This document shows positions 12,201 to 27,200 of a stretch of DNA of 64,000 nucleotides, piece after piece. The position numbers and the translations under genes were made by a program. This stretch comes from Bispira polyomma (lineage: Eukaryota). The stretch covers positions 63,922,001 through 63,986,000 of the forward strand of contig OZ287753.1 in assembly GCA_965649765.1 (NCBI GenBank), given 5' to 3'. The number at the start of each line of letters is the position of its first letter. The first letter of the stretch is position 1. The notes under the pieces are model-generated. The model was not told where the DNA came from. It made no database searches and was given only the letters and a program-made list of their open reading frames with translations.

Positions 12201-15200
12201 CCCCCCAAAAGAAGCAATTAAAATATGCCTTGAATTAATAATTTAACTTAAAAATGTTATTTAAGCAAAGTAAATTGTCTTCCAATTAGAAGAAAACATA
12301 AAAAGATAACTAGAATTATCGAAATCCTTATTAGACAGACGGATTGTTTTGTCTTGGCGAGGCTTTTTAGTACCTTTTCTTCTGCTGCACAATGAATCAG
12401 TGCTGGATTCTGAATCTATAGGCAGCCTTAGTGTATGTACACATGTATGCGGCTTGCGAAGTGCAATTTACTTCCCCCCTCCGACGCCCCCCTCTCCCCT
12501 CACGCCGCCCCCCCCTCCCCTTACTACTGAATTATCACCTTAAACAGTGCGATTTTATATTCTCATCCGATTTTTTCGGTCCTGGAGCGAAAAGTTCGCA
12601 TTCGGAAGCTGCAGATCGTGCATCCCAATTCGCAGTCTGATACATGTGTACAAATAAACAAAAGATATGAGGAGAGAAAAAATCGCAGACGCAAATCAGA
12701 TGTCTAACGTCGGGAGCCGCATACATGTGTACATACACATAGTTGAACTAGTTAAACCCTGTAACGGTATTATAGACTGAAACTCTGGCTCATTTAAAAA
12801 CCAACAAAACTATATACCTAATTCCAATAATACATAGGCTAAGTGAGACAAAGTACTGCAATTTGAATATCACGTTACAACTCGTAGCCATACGTGATAG
12901 CTAAAACAATGAAATATCAAAACATATATTATATACACATATTTTTTATATAAAGCATACTCTACTAATATTACTATAGTCTACTATACATTATACTACA
13001 GTTATTAATAACATCCGTCTGTATAGTTGGTTTACAAGACTTTTTAAAGCTACATTCTGGTGTACACAAACACCTGTTTGTTACACGTTTACCCTGACAC
13101 ACATATATATATATATATCATAAGGACACGCCTGTAGCATTGCAGTTTGCCAAAAATGGGAAAACCACAAACTCAAAGGAAAGGACGGCCACCAATGCAA
13201 TAATGTCAAAGGAGAAATGTACACTTGAAATTACAGAGATCCCGTTCTTTCAGGTTTCAACAAATATTATTTATTTGTGTAATTTTCTGTCTCATTTCAA
13301 ACTGCACTGACGTAAAAAAAAAATCAAGCATTATATTGACAAGGAACTCAAGAGGGTTATTCTATTTGGACAAGTAGGTTTAGAAATGTCCCGAGTCACT
13401 GGCTTCAAAGTCCTTTAAACTGACTGCACCCTGGTAACATATAGTGTCCTTATTGTTACATTAGTAACCAACCCAATAAACATCTGCACACTCTTACAGC
13501 CAAAGAATTCTTTTTTCTTATAAATTTTACACAAGGTAGAAATTTTTTTTTTTTGCGGCTCACTGTCACAGATTTTGTATTTTCAGAATTTTAATTCAAC
13601 ATTTCTAAATTAAGTCAATTTGTCTTTTCTAATTGTGTTTCATTGTAGACTTTAAATGTTTAAATATATCAGTAATAATAACAGTAATGCATAAACGTTA
13701 ATATTTTATGGTAATATATACTTTTGAAAGTATTGATTATTATATTTATATACCGTATATGTACTGCTCAGTAGATATTAGTGGATTATTAAAAATGTTT
13801 TATTGCAGTAAATTATAGTGAATTAATTTTATCACAATTTTGCTAATTAATAGAATACAAGTTCTGGAAATAAATGTAATTAAAAAAACTTTGTTAAGTA
13901 TCAACAAATTCATATTTAAAATAATTATAATTTTGTAAATTCTATTAATTATATAGATATTTCAACAGAGTATCAAAACCACCAGTAAATGTTTAATGTG
14001 CTTTTTTATTGGGATAAATTACTTTTCAGATGAAAAAAAAACCCAAATCAAATTGATATAACATCATCCCCCACTCCCTCCTCCCCTGTAACAATCTTTT
14101 AAATTTCACAGTCGACATATTCTCGTCATCCCCCCCCCCTCCTCTGTAAGAAGACAGTGTCTTTAAGTGACGCTCCCAACTTTGAGAAAAACAACCCCAT
14201 CAAGGACAGGGCCCAATTAACAGACTAGGTTGTAACAGCTCATTACAAAGTTAGGGCCCCAGTAATAGGGTTTCACTACTGTGCATTCCTGTCCTAGATA
14301 ATGTACCACCGTTGGCATGACAACGTATATATTGAAAGCCCCTCCCAGATTGAGATTAATGAAGGACACTATTCCTATCTTTACCCTATACTTTCAGCCT
14401 GTCAATGTAACCTCCATGCCACCCAGTGTCGTTTTAATATGGAACTTTACAAATTATCGGGCCTAAAGAGCGGAGGGGTGTGCCTCAAATGTAGGCACAA
14501 CACGGATGGCCGAAATTGCCATTACTGTAAAGAAGGCTTTTACCGCGATCCCAAGAAGCCGATGTCACATCGCAAGGCTTGTACAGGTATTTGAATAATC
14601 AGTTATTTAGGTGTTAAGTTAGATTCCCATGTCATTAACTGACTTGGTCTTGCTTTCTCTTGTCTTGCAGCGTGCAAATGTAACTTACATGCCAAGAGCT
14701 GTGAGTTCAATAAGGAACTGTATCTGCTGTCCGGACGCAATAGTGGGGGTGTGTGCCTGAAATGCAGGCATAACACCAAGGGGCGCCACTGCCATTATTG
14801 CCAAGAAGGGTTTTACCGCGATAAGCTAAAGCCTATCACTCACAGAAAAGCATGTAAAGGTAGGAGATAACACCCACCCACACAGTTTCACACAAACTGC
14901 CACCCCCTCCTTCCTGAGTGATTCAAAAGGCAGACAAGTGTGCAAACTGTGTCAAAGCTCCCATCCCTCGTCCCTGTAGAAAGGCACCTTTTAGCATTAG
15001 AAATGTATATTTTTAATTTGTTGAAAAGAAAATTTTAAAAAACCCTCTATTTTCATCTTGCTTTCATATAACTTAAATGACTTAAGAAATGTTTCTCTAT
15101 GATATTATTTTTAACCAAAGATGCAAATGCAAATTTTTTCTTTTAGACAGGAAAGTGCAAAAAAAATTAGTATTTGACCAGAAAACAGAAAGCACATATA

Positions 15201-18200
15201 TAAACATATTGTAGAAATGGAAACAAATGTATCAAGCAAAAGACATTTATAATGTTACAAAGGTGTCTGAAATCAGCCATTTCACCTGCTACTTCTTACC
15301 TCTTTTGTTTAGCTGCAACTGTTTAACATGATTATGGAATATGTACCATCACATTGTTGTCTTATCACAGGAATATTGTCTAAAATATTCTAAGTAAATA
15401 AATTTTTCAAAATCACTGAAGAGTAGTTGTACAGCTATTTCTGAAAAAATGGTATATTCGTTAATTTCGAAATTTTATGGTATATATTAACATATTATTC
15501 AACATTTATTTTGCAATTAAAATATTTTTCTTCAATTATTTAATAATTCGTAGCTTTTAGAATGGTATGGAAATAAAAGATTGAAATTTAATATTTCAAA
15601 AATGATATTTATACATAGATAAACATAACCAAAAGCCAGGAAAACGAAGGTTAAAGTTAATTGCAAAATAATTGAGTTGTGTGTACTTGTGTTGTACAAC
15701 TGAGAGATTGTGTGGTATTTTCTACAAATTGTACTTTGTCTGTCCTATAGTCCAATCTCTTTGGAGATGTGCATTTAGAATATCTTTGTAATTTGAATAA
15801 AATACCAAAACTTTATTTAATTATTAAAAATGAAAAAAAAAAAATTCTTGTTTCGATCGCATAACAAATTGGATTACTATAAAAGGATCTATAACAATTT
15901 AGACTGAGTTAGCTGTTTAATATGTTTGTTTACTGCCAGTGTCATTGTGAGTCCGTGTGTCTGTTATATGTTTTATATGTTGACATCCGTGTTAGTTAAA
16001 TAATGTGGTCTTTTTGTGAAACTGTGAGTTTCTCAGAAAACACCCTCTCATTTTCTGAGTTAGTTTATGTATCTGTATCTTGGTGAAGTGGCTGATTTAC
16101 TCTATTTCTGCCCCTACCCCTCCCCCTCCTGTGTGGTGTGTGGTGGGCCTGATATATATATACATATTGTATGCTTTTGTCTTACTAATGTCCAGCAATA
16201 TCTTCTCTATCCCCCCCTCCTTCTCCGACTTGCTTTATTCATTGTTTTAACCCCCCCCCCTTTTTTTACCTTACAGCTAAGCGCAGTAATACAGCACCTG
16301 TATATATAAATATTTTAAAAACCACTGTAACACAAGTTTTAACTAAAGACTGCACAGCGGCCAACAAAATGGCAGATTTAATAAAATGCACAAACTTACA
16401 CTTTACTAATTCACACAGGAAGCTAGATTAATTTCATTTACTTATATATATATATATATATATATATATTACGCAAGTTATAGATAAGAACAGCTTTTAA
16501 TTTTTAAAAGGTATATTGTCAACCTAATGAAAGAAGTACTTATCATTATTTATTTTAATTTTATTATATACCTTAATGTACAAAGCTTGTATAAATGATT
16601 TTGTAATATCTGGTTTTATTCAGTTTGTATATATACTTATATATATTTTATGTTGGGTATTTTTATGTTAATAGTTTTATTCAATATCTTAGCATGATAA
16701 AGGATTTTTTTTTTGTATTATAGTTTATTGTGGTATTAAACTATGTGAATGTAATGCTGTGGTATAATATACAGTGTACTTTTATTATCACATATTATAA
16801 GACACACATAATGTAGATTATTTTTTTTAAGTTTTCATTTTTAAAACTGCCAATTTACAACCAACAGTCAAAATTCTTATCAACGTAAAGCGTTTTGATA
16901 AACTCTTGTAGGTTTTTTTTGAGCGTTTCAGTATTACATACTTTATGAAAAGTGACACTTAGCTATTGAATCTCTATGAGCTGACAATGAGATGGTTATG
17001 TGGCACCTATATGTTGAATGGTCTCTGTGAGACTCTGTGAGAGTGGGTGGTACCATGACTTCTGTTTGTATTCAGACTTAGCTTCTTTCTTTCAAAAGGA
17101 TGTTTTAAGAAGAGTTTAACATTCAAACCCTAGCTAGTCACTTCACAGTTTGGTGTCTTATTATATACAGACATTCTTTGTCCAAGATCTTCTTTGTACA
17201 GTAAGAAACAGTTTTCGTACAGTTCAGTTTGTTTGTCACAAGGATTATACAAAAAACTACTAAACTAATTAAAATGAAATTTGATCAAAGTAAAATGTCT
17301 TTAATTTTGGAATGGATCTTGGCAGAAAGAAGGACTTAGGAAAAAAAATTCAGAATTACTTTTCGGCACTCTAACGCCTTAGCAGTGGTGTACACTCTAC
17401 CGAGTGCCTTTTAGATTCTCAAAACCTGGAACAAAAAAAATAGAAACCTTTAAAAGGTAGCTTTAGCATTGACCTTAGCTATTAGCTAACTCAATAATAA
17501 TTTCTCAGTAAGTATATATCATCTCAGATGATATAATACTGAAGTGTACTAGTTTACTTGACATCCTATGAATAAAGGAATAAATTTTAGGCATATTTGA
17601 CCATTAACACTTGTATTACTGGGCTAAAAGGCTTCTGAAGAAATGGTATATGAAAGACTTGCATAGAGTTTTGGCAAACATGTGTTTTCATACAGGAGTC
17701 CACATAAAAGGTGTTTGGTATTTAGTAGCTGAGATGATTTTATTAACTCTTAAAGGTTACAAGGTTAGGGTATGAAATGTCTGAAGATGTAAGAGCCAAT
17801 TAATACGACTATACACAAACTCCCTATATATTTAAAGGTATTACTTTGATTTGAGTAGATTTTTTTTTGTTAAGAGGGCAAGACCTTATTTACAAGTCAG
17901 TCACATAAATATTTACTAATAAACCTCTCTTTACAGCAGACAGATATTAGGGATTTTCTGCCTTTGTACACTGTAAGACGGGTGTTGCTTTAATAGAAGT
18001 GCATGCATGCAAATAAAGAATTCTTCAGGGGTCAAAGATCTGTGTCGGCAATGTCACAGCTCTCTCTATATATTTAAGGGGTGGAATATTGGAATGTTAG
18101 TCAGAATATAGGGGGGGGGGCTTAGTTAACAGTGTATTGTGGGCTCTTCAGGAACTGAGTATTATCTTTACCTCCTTATGTGAGATATTAAAGCGCGACT

Positions 18201-21200
18201 AGAGAAGGGGTATTAAAGTGTCAATGGCTGTTATCAAGATCTTCTTACATAAGTCTAGCATGGCTTCAAGTGATATTAGAGAATTAAAATCGCCACCTAG
18301 GAAGATACCGTATTGAACACAAAAGGAACAAGAGGCCCCCCCTAACTTATTGGTGGGGGTTGATATATTTTTTTTCTTCAAATACATTGATTAAAATGTG
18401 ACAATATGTAGTAAATTGAAACAGTACTCATGTTCATGTGTTACCTGTGGTTTATGGATTGGTTTGCTTTAAATGAAATTGTCGAAGTATATGTTTTCTA
18501 AGATACATAGGTAGTACTTCAGAAATTTTTTTTTATAATAGAATTTTTCATAACCACTAGAGCATAGGGTCTTTTTTCTTGTATAGATACGGTCTATGCA
18601 TTGTAGATTGTATAGTACTTGTACTATTGTAAGTCAGTTTCAATGGTTGTCTGAGAGGTATACATTCATTGCACGGAGACTAAAGGTATTCACTCAGAAA
18701 CCAGCTGTCCCCAATGTCTCAATTTATTAGAATATTTTGCACATATTTTGGGGTTTTTTTTATAAGCTTTTAACTAACTTAAGTAGGTTAAAGAATCTCT
18801 TCAATATAATTACTAGTAATTAGTGCAGGATGTCTTGTATGAGTTTCAGTTTTTTAAAAAAAATTTAAATTTTTAGTTCAATTTTAAAATTTTATAAACA
18901 GATTATTCTTACACATTTCTGTTTATGTGTGTTTTCATCTGTTTATTGTTTTCATTAATATATTTAAATCCTTTTTACTCTGCCATTAGAATCTTTTTTT
19001 ACTTTGACCAGTTAAGTAGAACATAAGTTGTTGTCTATGCATTAAGATTCAGTCTAAGAAAGTAGGAATCAGTTTGTAAGAATGAAATCCTCATAACATT
19101 AAGTTTCATTGACACACAAGTTCTATATTAGTATCAATGAACTTTTAAGACGGTTATTTTGTATTATTTTTGGCACATGGAGACTACTATTTTTAAACAT
19201 ACCCTCCTCGGATAACCTGGATGGTGAAAGTGACCGAGTAGATTATTCTCACATTGGGTCTTAGTCAAGGATAAGAAAACTAACAACTGGCTTGGTAGAG
19301 ATTAATTATATATTTAAAGGTCCCCCCCCCCCCCCCCCCCCCAGCCATATCTCGCTGATTTCTGGTTACTTAATGAAAGGGAACAAACTGTGTAGGAGGA
19401 AAACTTTGGAATCCTGTTTAAATGGGAAGAATTCTACATGTTCTACTTTTGTATAAATTGACCATCTACCATCACAAATGTACCGCCTTTAACATCTGGG
19501 AGGCAACATATATATATATGTCACAAAATATGTCCATGTATATATTTAGATAAATACCTGATTCCATAGAATTGGCTGGCATAATGTTGACATAAAAAGA
19601 GAGAAGGATTTTAATTTTTAAAAAAAGGTTAGAGAAAAAGATGACTGGGGTGAGTGAACATGGTGGAAAAGGTGAAAGGAAATATGTACGTTTTTTTTCA
19701 GTGAAGCCAATAATAGAGGTTGAATCTGCTAGTTCAGTTAAAGCTAAAATGATGAAACAGTTGTTAGGGGGGATTTAAAATAGAAGGATTCTACTCTAAA
19801 AATATGTACATCTTACTATAAATAGGTTGAGCATCCTTATTTTGGAGAGAATCTGCAGATGTGGTGGCCAGTTACACAAGATTATTTTAAGCTTAAAACC
19901 CTTTTCTTTATACATAATTTACGTACTTTACTGTGTAAATAAACGTAGACACAGCTATTTTGTCCACATGTACATAAACCTGCTATTTGTAAGATTTAAT
20001 TGTTACTTAAGACTTAAAAAACCCTTCAAATCGACATTTGTTGTCCAATAACATCAAAAATTTTTTGTATGTTACTCCTCAATGGTAAAAGTACATAAAA
20101 CTTATATTCTTCTCTTTAAATTGTTATATACATTCTATGTGGCAAATTTAGATCAGTGGCACAACAATTTTTTGTTATTTTTCAATTATCATTGAAACAT
20201 TTGTGGGATATATTTCTTTTTGTAAAGCCTTTGCAAGAAGAGAAGAAATTAGTAAACTTAAAAACTTAATCCCTTTAAATCTTTAAACAGATATAAATAC
20301 CACAATAATAACCTGATGTCTACATTAATTATTTTTAAGTAATTTAACTTAGCCTTTAAATTAAAAGTGACAGGGCAGCAAACTTTGAAGTTCTCCACAA
20401 ATATACACAGTAATTCAGTTGAAGAGATAAAGGTTTCCCCCTAAAAAACCCACTGTTCTTCTTCCTTCCTCCTTCTACTACCGCCTTCCCAGGTTTTTTG
20501 CACCATGATCCCTAACAGCTGCTGAGGTGTGAAAATCTACACATAACATGATAGACAATGATGCCTGGCTCGGACTTTTTTAAGTGCAAGGCCTTTTTTT
20601 ACCGAACAAAAAACTGTCCCATTTGCAGCCGAGGCATTTTCCCCCCCAGTGTTTTTTTTACAGCATTAGGCGGGCACATGGTGCATGTAACAGAGACAAA
20701 TTGGTCCATCCTCCCACTATGTTGTATATGTGTACATATATTCTAGTGAGTCAGCTGTGGGCCGAGACCTGCTTCTTATTACAGTATTTTAGAAGGCGCA
20801 GCCTGATACTATTTTCATTCTGTAAAGAATCCTAGAAATAAAATGTAAGGACATTATTGATTGGTTAAAAGCAAACGATTGGTCCAAACTGAATGGTGTA
20901 TCATAGAAAGTTGAAAATACAGCGCCTTAGTTTTACTAATGCTTAGAGGTGAAATTTACTCCAATGTATGAAGACCCCTTGTTTTGAATAATATTTAATA
21001 AGACAGAAAATATAAGGTATTTTGATATAGGTATAGTAAAGTAAACGTATAATTATCTTACTTTAAAAACCGAGTATATTTTCTTAAGATTTTAACACAC
21101 CTCTAAATTAATATTTCTCCCCCTAAAACAACCCTGTAAACTTGATTGAGAATCCTAGTAGTCATCTATGATGTGTGTTAAACAAAGTGTTGCATTGAAA

Positions 21201-24200
21201 AGTCCATCAGGCATATAACAACAAGGAGTAAAACCAGATCCAGCTAATCCGGTTGTCTGACAGTTACATAGATGAGGATAAAAGTCTACAAACCACCCAA
21301 TTATTGGTAGAATAGATAGTTTTCTTTCGGGAGGAAACATCAGAAGCTCAGGCACAGTTTGTAAGGGGAATAGTGCATCCATATTATCTCTGTAGCGCGG
21401 TAGGGGTGACCATAGCTCACCCCAGGGATAGACCTACACTGTATACCTACCGAGTACACATAAAACATTGTGTGTGTTCTTTACTTAAACTTAGACTCTG
21501 CTTAACATAATCTAATAAATGTAAAATTAAAAATCAGAAAGATTTACAAGTCTAGCTATAACAAAATCCTTTCGTGTTGGAACAACATTTGTTTTTTAAT
21601 TAAAATCGACGTAGACAATATTAAGAATTAAGAGTTATTAATATATTGGCGTACACTTGAGGTGATATATAAAAACATTGGGTATATAACAAGGATCTAA
21701 AATATAGATTGATCTACTCTGATAAACAAATCTAAAAAGAGGAAAAAATGTATATACAATATAGGATTTGTACCTCAAACTATTGTTTTGACTTAGTGAT
21801 ATATATTAGAAAATAAAAAGCCATCAGATAAGTATATGAGGGGGGGTTTGTGTATTTTTATGAGATTAAAAATTAGAGTAATTCAATTGCTCAGCCATTG
21901 TCACTTGGTATGGGTGAAGACGTGTGTTACATAGTTATATATAATCAGGCTATATCCTATAAAGACAGTAATAAAGGTTCAGTTATACACCCGGCATCTG
22001 TCTGAAAGTGGCCGTTAAATGTCAGCTATATCAGAGGATGAAATAGAGCTGTGAAAAAGGCCAAGTGAAAATCTCACTCACTGGGGATGAGTTTATTTTT
22101 TGTTTTTTTTTGTGCTGATCAGTTTTTGTAGCCGAGTCCATTGTGTGATAAAAATCATTCAGAAAATAATCACTTATCACATAATATTCTTGTTTTGGTA
22201 TTTTTTATATACCTATTAAAATAAACATTGGAGAGATGAAGTTTTGAAGCATTGCAAATTTTATTTTATATTCAGCATGAAACACTAAAGCTCTATCATC
22301 CTGTATGTTATCAAAGAAATATTTATTTTTTTTCAGACTTATTTTGAAATTTTAATCTACCACAACAAGTAATTATGCCTCTATATGTCATATGTTTTCC
22401 ATCCAGCAGTTTCTTTTGTACATTTTTATTTTTTATATAGTACTGTAATGTAATTTTGGAAAGGCAAATATGCAAAAAAAAACAATTATGCCTCTGTATA
22501 TAAATATCAAACTTAGTAAAAAATCAAACCATAAATAATGAATTTTAGCTATATCAAAAAGGTCATTCAACAAAATATATAAATATACAAACCTAGTCAA
22601 TGGTTCATTGAAAAGTAAGTTGTGGTCTTTAATTGTGGAGGTAAATAGTGGAGGTTTTTGATACACTTTGAGTAGACACATTTGCCCTAAACATAGTAGG
22701 ATGGAGCACACTTGAAAGCTAAAGTATCTATGGCTAGAAACACGGCACAGCTTTAGAGAGCCGAAAAAAACGGACTAAAACCAGAAGTAAAAAAAAGGGG
22801 AAAACTCTGAAATAACACAGATGCTTTCAGAGGTGTTTGTAGCTAGGCAGAAAAATGTGTGAGGTCCAATTATTTAAACTAAGTGGCTTCAAGTGTAAAG
22901 TTTATAATTAATTAACTGAACTTGGTAGTTAAACGGGTGATTTAGAGCCAGGTGTGGGTTTTTAGCTAATGGGCGTAAAAAACATATGTGCTTACTGTTT
23001 TGTTAACAGTAAATGAAATTATGGTTATTATTACGTTAATTATAAATTGTTGGCATATTTATCTGATAACACAAATTACTATTAACGTCAATGCTGTTAA
23101 TTAGATGTTCCTTGATATCCTTTGAAAACCCTGTTTAGTAGAACTCCCTTAAGTCACTTACCTTGTTTACAAGGAGAAGCATTTCTAGTGTCCAGCAAAA
23201 GGCATTTTCCTTTGATATCTACCCTGTTAAGTGGAAATCCTGCATACATAGACAGATCTGTTCTGGTTCTGGTTCCCCAATTCAGGATTGACTTTATAAA
23301 AGGTTCAGTATTTGTATTTTCACAGACAGAATAGACAAAGTGAAGGTTAACTTCAAAAAATTCCAAATGTTTCTAATTGTGTGGCTTTTCAACAGTTTAC
23401 ACTGATGGCACTTACTGATGAATATATTGTAGTGCTAGTTGGAGTAGGGATGTACACAGTTTTATGTGCAGGAAAGGTGTCAAGAGTCCTCCATTTGTTA
23501 TCTACAAGAGTCACATAAACACTTAGTAAACAGTATATATAGTTTTGACCCTACTGTGATGTACATTAATGGGTAAAATGAGAATATAAACAGGACCTGT
23601 ACATTTAACAGGGGAAAAGTAGATTCTGTATAAGTAAATAGAAAAGATAATGTACAAGGCATGTTTTTTTTAGTCTAAGCAAATATTTTTGAAAAAAACT
23701 TTTAGTGTGCATTTAATTTATTTTGATTATTTCCTGTATTGCGTGTATCTGGTCATAGCTTTAGAAAAACCTCAGGCATTTTATTCTCAATTATAAATTT
23801 AAGGTTAGTATAAATTTACTCTGTAAATCTAGGATGTCCTAGTCTAACTGTGTATGTTAAATATCAAAATCTGATTTTAAATACAAATTTAACATTGTAA
23901 GCCTCTACATTCAAAAGTAAGTTTTTTTTGCCACATGCGAGGACTCTGACCAAAGATTTCTTTTTACAAGTTTGAGCTTGAGTGAGGTTTTGAGCGGAGA
24001 CTTAGACCCAGCATACTCTGCAGGCTCATCTTCATCTCTGTTTTCATCCAAGAAGTGTGGGGGTTGTATAATGAAGTGGAAGGAATGTGAGGTATTAGCA
24101 AGAAACAGATTGGGACAGGTTTAAGACTTCGCTAAATCACAGACATGCATTCACAGTTATCTTAAAATGTACAGGGAAAGAGCAGAAATGCACTTACTTT

Positions 24201-27200
24201 TAGCTTTTAATTTCATTATATCACACAATAGAGCAAATTCATATTCAAGGGTACATGTAGTTTCTTCTGTGACTTTAAAAACAAAAAAATATGTCATTAA
24301 ATTAGTGTTAAATCTAAGAGATTTTATGAAAATGTATGAGACAAAAGTTTGTCATTTTAAGCTGATCTTAATAAGTTATCAAACTTGCTAAAGTGTGGGG
24401 TCTGTTTAATATAACTGGAACTTATGCATGTGGAAAACTGTTTGCAGATGCTTCACATGGGTGATTTGCAAGGCAAGGAAAATTGATGAGGTGTTCTACA
24501 AGGAATTATTAATAAACCTAGAAATGGTGCAAATGAATGAGCGTAGCTTCTCGATAATTTGAGATAATTTTATATATTCACTGTACTTGGCACACAATAT
24601 CTTGTATGTGTCTTAAAACCTTCCAAATTCTCAAATTTTGAATTTGTAATATTTATATATGTCATCTCAAATTTAGTGATAAACAGTTGAACCCTCTTAA
24701 ATTGTACCTCTAGGGACCAGAAGAAGTATATCGAATTAAGCAAGATTTTCTATCAGGGTAGATTTTTAAAATTAAAGGCATTTGTAGGACAACCAATCTT
24801 TTTCTCCACAAAAAAAAGAAATTGACTTAACAGAGTTCTAGTTAAAAGGGGTTTGACTATATTTCTATTAGAATGATATCAAAACTGATTTGCAGTTAAT
24901 TGGGTAAAACTAATAAATGAGAAATTTTTATTGATTCTATGAAGATTTCATTCTTTCTGCTCATATAATGGTACCTACAGAACTGTAGATTCTATGCTCT
25001 ACTAGAGTAGGCATGTTTCTTCTATAAGACAGCTCATCTCGATACACTGAGCTAGTTGGTGCAAAGATTAAAAGCATATTTATTCTATCCCAGTGTTTTT
25101 TGGACTCAGATCTGTTTTGAAGATTATCCTGAACTGTCTGATCCAGTGTGGCAGACTGTTTAGACAGGTTATTTTGATTGGAAAGTTACTTTTTTGCCGT
25201 GTAGGTTCCAAACATTTCATTGAAGCGTGACTTAGATCTTTGGTAGCTGTTTGTAGTGGGCTATTATTGCACTGTGTTGTCTGTGGATCTGGGTTCATAT
25301 ATTCTCGCATGTATACTCAGCTGAACTTCAGACTTAACTCAACTCAAATCGGGATTCTTTGGAAAAGAATTAAACTTTGAATACAGTAAATAATAATTAA
25401 AATCTGACTTCATATTTGAATTCAGTGTTGAAAGTTGTATTATAATGAATGGTCACAAGTACAGGTTTTTTCAATGTACAAGTATTTACACTTAAAGTTT
25501 ATATTAGAGTTGAATATGAGTTGAAGAATGAGTGGATTACTAGAATACTAGCCGTGTAGAATTAGATAGTAATAGTCACAACCATGTGAGTAAGAAGGTA
25601 TAGTCTTAGTGACCTGATACATTAGAAACTCTATTATCTGAACTTCGGTTATTCAAATATTTGATTTTATATGAACTTGTTTTCACTCTCCCAAATTTAC
25701 ATTTTCCTGTTATTTTCTTCTCGAATGCCTCTTCTATTTTATGCCTCTTTTCCTATTATCCCAACAAAATATTGCTGTCCCCCTGAACATGTTCGGACAT
25801 TAGAGTTTCTACTATGTTTGTTTCCCCAGCATCTGGAGGAGTGATCCATCCTCTTCAGGACAAATTGGCCAATTTTCTGCTAGTTACTGGTGATATGTAA
25901 ACAAACAAACGCTAGCAGATCTTGCTTATATATACTTAATTAACTGAGCAAAGAGATGTTTCATCTGTGGAGACTATAGAAAACAAACAAACAGTATCAG
26001 TAGTTTGGTATTGGTTGTTTCTTATAGACATGGTGATTCTGGAGGCCTCAAGGTGGTCTTGGTTCAACTTTGTGTGAAAACAACAAAACCATCACAAATC
26101 TCCTTATGTTGTGTTCAGTATATGTAGCTTCTGAGGTTTGTTTTAGTAACACTTGTAAATGTTAACAAAACAAAAAATTAATTAAATGTGTTATGAAAAA
26201 TTTAAAGTATGAATTTAAAAACAAAATTTGAAATTGAAAACAATTTAAGACAGTTATATAAATAAGCTTCTGGATAAAACAAATGCTGTGTTAAACTGCA
26301 GAATACTTTAGTTTTAATACCTGAGTGGACTTGCACACGGATATCTCACCAGTTGATTGTGATATGTGGCTTTCAACAAATCAAATCATTTACACATAAT
26401 TAATATATGTCCACATAGAGCTTTCACTACCTGATTTGTTTCTGGGCTACTGTTTAAAGTATAGGGCTTCTTTGATCCTATAACCACCTCAGTCTGAGTC
26501 AACTATAGTTAGTGCACAGTAGATGTTTAATGGCTCTTTTTTTCTCATGTATGATTAAAGTAATAAAGAGTATTTGTGTAGGTGTATCTATCCATGGAGT
26601 AATTTGGTTCAAGTACATTTATTAGTAAAGTGGATGATATACTTACTAATGTATTTTAGATTTATAAGGTCCAAATAAAAATAGCCCAGATATTTTATTT
26701 GGGGTTGTTTATTATGTAATTCAAACTGGAATTAATTAGAAATAATTAAAACCAGAGAGAGCTAGTCCACAAGTTAACAAGAGATAGAAGCAGCTTCATA
26801 TAAAATGATAAAAAAAGGTTTTTTAATTTAGTCGTCTATGAAATAACCAGATTTTGGAAGTACTGTATTCTTCACCTGGTGATGTTGAAAAACTTTGTAT
26901 GGAAATAATACAACAATTGGCAAATATCAAAGGCCTTCTCTACTCTTATATAAAATCATCAGTTTAAAGGTCCAGACCCAAGTACACTAAGAAAAACAAC
27001 CCCCCTTGTTTTCACCCCCTACAGTGGGATTACTGATAATTGGCTATTACATTCTAGTTTTGTGACACTTATACAGGCTTTTGGCACTGAGTTCAGGAAA
27101 TAATAACACCTTTTATTCAAGAGCTCACACTGTGTTTATGGGTCCTGTGGTGAGACCTTTATAGAATATATATTGCAACACCATACCTGATTGTCTTATA

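Noticed and set aside
15416-15475. CTGAAGAG...GAAA with a partial stem II
   Set aside because: Stem II is offset from GAAA, and no convincing stems I/III or NUH site.
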